Shown here one piece after another: positions 33,365-36,845 of a DNA stretch of 36,845 nucleotides; the stretch's first letter is position 1, and each line of letters opens with the position of its first letter. The notes under the pieces are model-generated. The model was not told the DNA's origin, did not search any database, and worked only from the letters and a program-made list of their open reading frames with translations. Made by a program: the position numbers and the translations under genes. Source of the stretch: a virus; the IMG/VR virus record IMGVR_UViG_3300045988_085549, positions 1 through 36,845 of that record. One strand, written 5' to 3'.

Positions 33365-33720
33365 AATGGTAAATCCTCCTCATCTATCTCTATGCTTTCT
33401 CCAAAGTCTTTGAATATATCATCATTTAAGCTATTTTTAGGCTCTTCTGAACTTTGTTCTTGCTTTCCTTGTACTAATTCATATTCGGTACACTTTATAA
33501 AGAATTTAGTACCTTTTTTACCATCATATTCCCATTTGTAAAAACTAAGCCAAGCATTTTTAATACTTATCAATGTTTTGTTTTTTATCTCTACATCTTT
33601 ATTAAATTCTATTGGAAAGTAAGCACTTTCATAACTTCCATCTTTTTTCTTTTTTGATATTCCTATATAGTATTTGCCATCAAATACAAATACCATACTA
33701 TTTTTTGTCTGTATATTCAT
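33361..33720 (-). CDS. ssb: Single-stranded DNA-binding protein (atypical OB region, canonical acidic DLPF tail)
   Basis: 119 aa ending IEIDEEDLPF, the SSB C-terminal protein-interaction tip. The N-terminal 85 aa are beta-rich. Confidence 0.55.
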   Translation of the reverse strand: MNIQTKNSMVFVFDGKYYIGISKKKKDGSYESAYFPIEFNKDVEIKNKTLISIKNAWLSFYKWEYDGKKGTKFFIKCTEYELVQGKQEQSSEEPKNSLNDDIFKDFGESIEIDEEDLPF

Positions 33721-33815
33721 TATTTATCTTCTCCTTCTTCACTTATTAAAAAACAACTAATTATAAATCCTAACATAAATATTATAAAAAAACTTATTAT
33801 TCCTATTATGATCAT
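33720..33815 (-). CDS. Possible 31-aa hydrophobic peptide (not in the ORF track)
   Basis: ATG at 33815 in an ATGA overlap. Translation: MIIIGIISFFIIFMLGFIISCFLISEEGEDK. The stop overlaps the SSB ATG (TAATG). Confidence 0.3.
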   Translation of the reverse strand: MIIIGIISFFIIFMLGFIISCFLISEEGEDK

Positions 33816-33958
33816 TTTCTTCTCCTCTTTTCTAACTTTTTATACCCCTCTAACATTTTCTTTTCTATCTGAAGTTCTTTAATTTCTTTTTTAGTTTGTC
33901 TTATAAGTTCTGATTTTAAATATATAAGATAACTTATCTCTTTCTCTCTGCTTTTCAC
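33812..33958 (-). CDS. Possible 48-aa basic coiled-coil protein (GTG start, not in the ORF track)
   Basis: AAGGAGAATAAGTG context. Translation: VKSREKEISYLIYLKSELIRQTKKEIKELQIEKKMLEGYKKLEKRRRK. Fills an otherwise empty 147-nt gap. Confidence 0.35.
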   Translation of the reverse strand: MKSREKEISYLIYLKSELIRQTKKEIKELQIEKKMLEGYKKLEKRRRK

Positions 33959-34189
33959 TTATTCTCCTTTTTCATCTTTTAATAAATCATAATGTATATA
34001 ATCTTCTACGCCATAGTTTTTTGTGACATCATAATTAATTATTGTTCCATTTTCAATAGTAGAATATATTGATATTGTTCTTACTCTTTCTAAATCTTTT
34101 GCAATATCTTCTGCTCTTTTAATTAAATCTTCTCCTATTGATTTAATACATCTTTCTACTTCACTATTTATTGTTCTTTTATTTTTCAT
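33959..34189 (-). CDS. Small hypothetical protein
   Basis: 76 aa. RBS from the upstream KGE-stop junction. Ends in ...KDEKGE. Confidence 0.55.
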   Translation of the reverse strand: MKNKRTINSEVERCIKSIGEDLIKRAEDIAKDLERVRTISIYSTIENGTIINYDVTKNYGVEDYIHYDLLKDEKGE

Positions 34190-34191
34190 AC

Positions 34192-34539
34192 TTATTCTCC
34201 TTTGGTTTTAAGATACTCTAAATAATCTATTAACTCATCTATTTTACTTGCTACTTTTATCAATGCAGTATCATAATAACTATCTTCAAATTGATCAATT
34301 TCTAATGATATTTTTTCAGGTATTTTCTTTTCTTCTTCTAGGATTTTATAATTAGCATAATTAATATTTTCTAATATATCTCTCAATGTTAATTCAATAA
34401 ATTCATCTGTACAATAAAATCCTAATGTTCCATTTTTATATACATAAGTTACTGGAAAATCAGAACATCTTATTTTAGTTCCATCTTTTAATTTTCCATC
34501 TTTAATCATTCCTAATAATTCATATATTGTTATTTTCAT
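34192..34539 (-). CDS. Hypothetical protein, paralog of 36356..36706
   Basis: 115 aa. Shares EEKKIPEKI and the LIDYL...K(S/T)KGE C-terminus with the 36356 gene, plus a 28-nt exact DNA match (34309-34336 = 36482-36509). Confidence 0.6.
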   Translation of the reverse strand: MKITIYELLGMIKDGKLKDGTKIRCSDFPVTYVYKNGTLGFYCTDEFIELTLRDILENINYANYKILEEEKKIPEKISLEIDQFEDSYYDTALIKVASKIDELIDYLEYLKTKGE

Positions 34540-34543
34540 ATAA

Positions 34544-34798
34544 TCACTCCATACTATTATATAATTCTGTTAATTCTGCAAATTCTTCTTCAGTGGCTCC
34601 AAATACTTCAAAATATGTCCAACTAAAACATATATCTAATGTGAAATATTCACCATTAAATATTGTCGTCATTGAATCACCAACAATATTTCTGGTATTA
34701 AATATACCACAATCTGCCTGCTCGTAAAATTCTTTTACCAATTCTTTCACTTTTTTAAATTCTTTTTCTCTCATGTTATCCTTACTTTCTACTTTCAT
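34544..34798 (-). CDS. Small hypothetical protein
   Basis: 84 aa. RBS AGGATGG. Confidence 0.55.
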   Translation of the reverse strand: MKVESKDNMREKEFKKVKELVKEFYEQADCGIFNTRNIVGDSMTTIFNGEYFTLDICFSWTYFEVFGATEEEFAELTELYNSME

Positions 34799-34821
34799 AT
34801 TACCATCCTAATCTACTTCAT

Positions 34822-35034
34822 TTACTTGTAATATTTCCACCCCAATTCTTCTACTTGTTTATTTATTGCTTGTAGTTCTTCTAATGTAATTTCATTTGTA
34901 AATTCAATACGCTTTCTCATTTTATAAAAATATATATATGTATCATATTTTGAACAATAATACATAAGTTGAGTATCAATATTATGTATTAACTCATACC
35001 CTAACTTTTCAAACATTTCTTTTGCACTTTTCAT
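34822..35034 (-). CDS. Small hypothetical protein
   Basis: 70 aa (MKSAKEMFEKLGYELIH...INKQVEELGWKYYK). Confidence 0.55.
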   Translation of the reverse strand: MKSAKEMFEKLGYELIHNIDTQLMYYCSKYDTYIYFYKMRKRIEFTNEITLEELQAINKQVEELGWKYYK

Positions 35035-35288
35035 TATTTATTCTCCTTGTCTAATATTTCTAAAATAGCAATTCCATTTACATCATATCTTTTACAATTT
35101 TTTCTTATACTTTCATCTATATCTAAATATTCTCTAACTTCTTTTATTATGTTTTCTTTTTGTTGTAATTGGTTTTCAAGGCTTTGAATATATGTAAATA
35201 TTAAAGTACTGTCTAATTGTTCCATTACATTATTCATAAATTCTTCTTTTGCTATTTTCTTAATTTCTTCTTCACTCATTATTTTCAC
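35034..35288 (-). CDS. Hypothetical coiled-coil protein, paralog of the junction-spanning gene
   Basis: 84 aa. Shares LQQKENIIKEVREY and the ILxILDK ending with the wrap-around gene through a 44-nt exact DNA repeat. Confidence 0.6.
   Translation of the reverse strand: MKIMSEEEIKKIAKEEFMNNVMEQLDSTLIFTYIQSLENQLQQKENIIKEVREYLDIDESIRKNCKRYDVNGIAILEILDKENK
35126..35169. repeat. 44-nt exact internal copy of the sequence at 1..44 / 36791..36834
   Basis: atattctctaacttcttttattatgttttctttttgttgtaatt is present at all three positions. The flanks diverge immediately. Confidence 0.95.
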
Positions 35289-35445
35289 TTCCTTTAAATC
35301 CTACTGATATATGATTACAATTTATACACTTTAATATTTGAATATCTTTATTGTCATATATTTCTTGATAGTCGTGCCCGCTTACAATACTAAAAGTTAA
35401 TATACTTCTAATTATTCCTCTTAAATAACAAATTAGTTTACTCAT
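35272..35445 (-). CDS. Small hypothetical protein
   Basis: 57 aa from the ATG at 35445 (AGGAAG 8 nt upstream; the track GTG at 35454 abuts the RBS). Contains CINCNH. Confidence 0.45.
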   Translation of the reverse strand: MSKLICYLRGIIRSILTFSIVSGHDYQEIYDNKDIQILKCINCNHISVGFKGSENNE

Positions 35446-35450
35446 TACTT

Positions 35451-35765
35451 TCACTTCCTAAACTCATGTATCATATTTGCTAGTTCCTTGTTGTTTTCTT
35501 CCTGTGTTTTTAAAAAATATTGATAACAATTCAAATATCTTTCTATTTTAAAAATAAGCATTTCATAGTCATTTATTTGTTTTTCTTTGCTTTTTTCTAA
35601 TTCATTTATGATATTATTTAATCTTTTATTTTCTTCTTGTAAATTAATTATGTAATCTTCTAATTTCTTTAAATCTCTTTCATAATAAACACTTTTTTGA
35701 TATTCTTTTTCATAATAATCATTACTTCTTAATTTATCTAAAATTTCTTTTATTTCTTCTCCCAT
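35451..35765 (-). CDS. Hypothetical coiled-coil protein
   Basis: 104 aa. Shares IINELEK with the junction gene via a 21-nt exact DNA match (35592-35612 = 67-87). Confidence 0.55.
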   Translation of the reverse strand: MGEEIKEILDKLRSNDYYEKEYQKSVYYERDLKKLEDYIINLQEENKRLNNIINELEKSKEKQINDYEMLIFKIERYLNCYQYFLKTQEENNKELANMIHEFRK

Positions 35766-35950
35766 TTCTTACCATCCTTTATGTGCTTCGTATATATTTT
35801 TAATACCTGGATATGTTCTTCATAATTTTCTTCCATTAATAAGATATTGATATTATTCATAAGTTCCAATTTGTCTAGTGTTGATATGTTGCTGTTTGAT
35901 AATACTTTTAATATTAATTTTCTTGCTTCTAATAAGGATTGTTTATTCAT
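35750..35950 (-). CDS. Small hypothetical protein, paralog of 31260..31436
   Basis: 66 aa. See the shared residue pattern given for 31260..31436. Confidence 0.55.
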   Translation of the reverse strand: MNKQSLLEARKLILKVLSNSNISTLDKLELMNNINILLMEENYEEHIQVLKIYTKHIKDGKKWEKK

Positions 35951-35964
35951 TGTTACTCACCTAC

Positions 35965-36165
35965 CTAGTCTAATTGTCTAAATACTTCTTCACTTTCATA
36001 ATAAGTTTCTCCAAGAAGTTCTATTGATTTTAATTGTTTTTCTCTTTCAAAAAATAAATCTTCTCTATCAAGTATTTCTTTTACTTTTCCATAAGCCCTA
36101 TTACTATCACTAGCAACTACATAATATTCTTTATAGTTTTGTAACGTTACTATGTATAATTTCAT
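35965..36165 (-). CDS. Small hypothetical protein
   Basis: 66 aa. RBS GGTGAG. Confidence 0.5.
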   Translation of the reverse strand: MKLYIVTLQNYKEYYVVASDSNRAYGKVKEILDREDLFFEREKQLKSIELLGETYYESEEVFRQLD

Positions 36166-36167
36166 TA

Positions 36168-36353
36168 TTACTCACCTTTGCTTTCTAAATATATCTCTAA
36201 TACTTCATCATCAATATTTATTTCTTTTACAATATTATCTAAATAATTATCTAAACCAATATCATATTTATCAAATCTTCCAATATGTTTTTCTTTGAAT
36301 AAGTGAAAATAAACATTTGCATTTAACACTTCTAATAATTCTTTTAATTTCAT
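36168..36353 (-). CDS. Small hypothetical protein
   Basis: 61 aa. Ends in ...ESKGE, carrying the next gene's RBS. Confidence 0.5.
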   Translation of the reverse strand: MKLKELLEVLNANVYFHLFKEKHIGRFDKYDIGLDNYLDNIVKEINIDDEVLEIYLESKGE

Positions 36354-36355
36354 AC

Positions 36356-36706
36356 TTATTCTCCTTTGCTTTTAAGATAATCTATTAATTGATTTAATGT
36401 TTCAATAACACTAATAGTATCAATATGTGCTATTTCTATTTTTTCATCTAAATTATCTATACTTTTTAATGATGTTGGTATTATTTTTTCAGGTATTTTC
36501 TTTTCTTCTATTTTATAAAAAATTATTATTTCATCATTTAGCATATGAGGACATTGTGATAAATAATCTAATAATGTAGGTTCTCCTAGTTCACCTTTTG
36601 CTTTATATTCATAAACAAACCATTCAAAATCGTGGCATCCCCATTTTATTGCATCTGGTACTTTTTCACCACTTGCTATTTTATTTAATAAATCTATTAT
36701 TTTCAT
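36356..36706 (-). CDS. Hypothetical protein, paralog of 34192..34539
   Basis: 116 aa. See 34192..34539. Confidence 0.6.
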   Translation of the reverse strand: MKIIDLLNKIASGEKVPDAIKWGCHDFEWFVYEYKAKGELGEPTLLDYLSQCPHMLNDEIIIFYKIEEKKIPEKIIPTSLKSIDNLDEKIEIAHIDTISVIETLNQLIDYLKSKGE

Positions 36707-36709
36707 ATT

Positions 36710-36845
36710 CTATTCTCCTTTATCTAATATTCTTAAAATTATCTTTTCGTTATCTTCTAATGAACCATATTCTTTTTCGTTTTCCTCTATATATTCTCTA
36801 ACTTCTTTTATTATGTTTTCTTTTTGTTGTAATTTAGTTTGTAAA
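36710..36845 (-). CDS. C-terminal part of the junction-spanning coiled-coil gene (36791-36845 duplicate nt 1-55)
   Basis: Reading down from 36790: IEENEKEYGSLEDNEKIILRILDKGE, then TAG at 36710-36712. In frame with 234..1 across the junction. Confidence 0.7.
   Translation of the reverse strand, partial: LQTKLQQKENIIKEVREYIEENEKEYGSLEDNEKIILRILDKGE
36791..36845. repeat. Terminal exact direct repeat, copy 2 (identical to 1..55)
   Basis: See copy 1. Confidence 0.95.

Noticed and set aside
34192-36706. The 115/116-aa paralogs as Tad2 (DUF2829)-like anti-Thoeris sponges
   Set aside because: Only a vague N-terminal resemblance exists (L..I..G.K....IK/R). The conserved C-terminal W-x-P-S-Q-x-D-L-L-A-x-D-W-type motif is absent.

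Overview
The window is a complete, closed genome of about 36.79 kb from a very AT-rich tailed phage. The last 55 nt repeat the first 55 nt exactly, and one ORF reads through that junction. All supportable genes lie on the minus strand; the plus-strand ORFs in the track look like antisense artefacts. The host is probably a low-GC, spore-forming Firmicute such as Clostridium, inferred from XhlA-, AbrB- and DnaD-like genes and an L27-type leader. No tRNA, CRISPR array, integrase or CI-type repressor is visible.

Gene order along the minus strand:
- 36706->31260: about 25 tightly coupled small early genes. They include paralog families, an SSB with a DLPF tail, a LexA DNA-binding-domain-only protein, and NinB-like, small HNH-like and DUF1064-like recombination proteins.
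- 31259->31088: a 172-nt non-coding region.
- 31087->29107: a ParB-domain DNA methyltransferase translationally coupled to a truncated MetK-like SAM synthetase.
- 29085->12442: packaging, head and siphovirus-type tail genes, including TerS, TerL, portal, MuF-like protein, scaffold, capsid, connectors, tube, chaperones, tape measure and fibres.
- 12425->11012: lysis genes (XhlA-like, holin, zinc-peptidase endolysin).
- 10958->5095: an accessory region. It holds a free-standing HNH homing endonuclease flanked by structured RNA elements, then a less AT-rich cassette (9553->6195).
- 4934->231, continuing across the junction: sigma factor, second methyltransferase, AbrB-like protein, DnaD-type replisome organiser, G39P-like loader, and a Rad52-type annealase with a PD-(D/E)XK exonuclease.

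Candidates for something new:
1. The 9553->6195 cassette, which encodes Gly-zipper/Cys-cluster, C1q/BclA-like, Arg-Gly-Tyr-rich and Cys-His proteins that I cannot assign to known families.
2. The methyltransferase plus mini-MetK operon.
3. The LexA-DBD-only protein.
4. A ribosomal-protein-L27-like Prp cleavage leader on the predicted tail tube protein.
5. A promoter, pseudoknot-capable leader and terminator unit in front of the homing endonuclease.

All functional calls come from motif recognition by eye. No database search was run.
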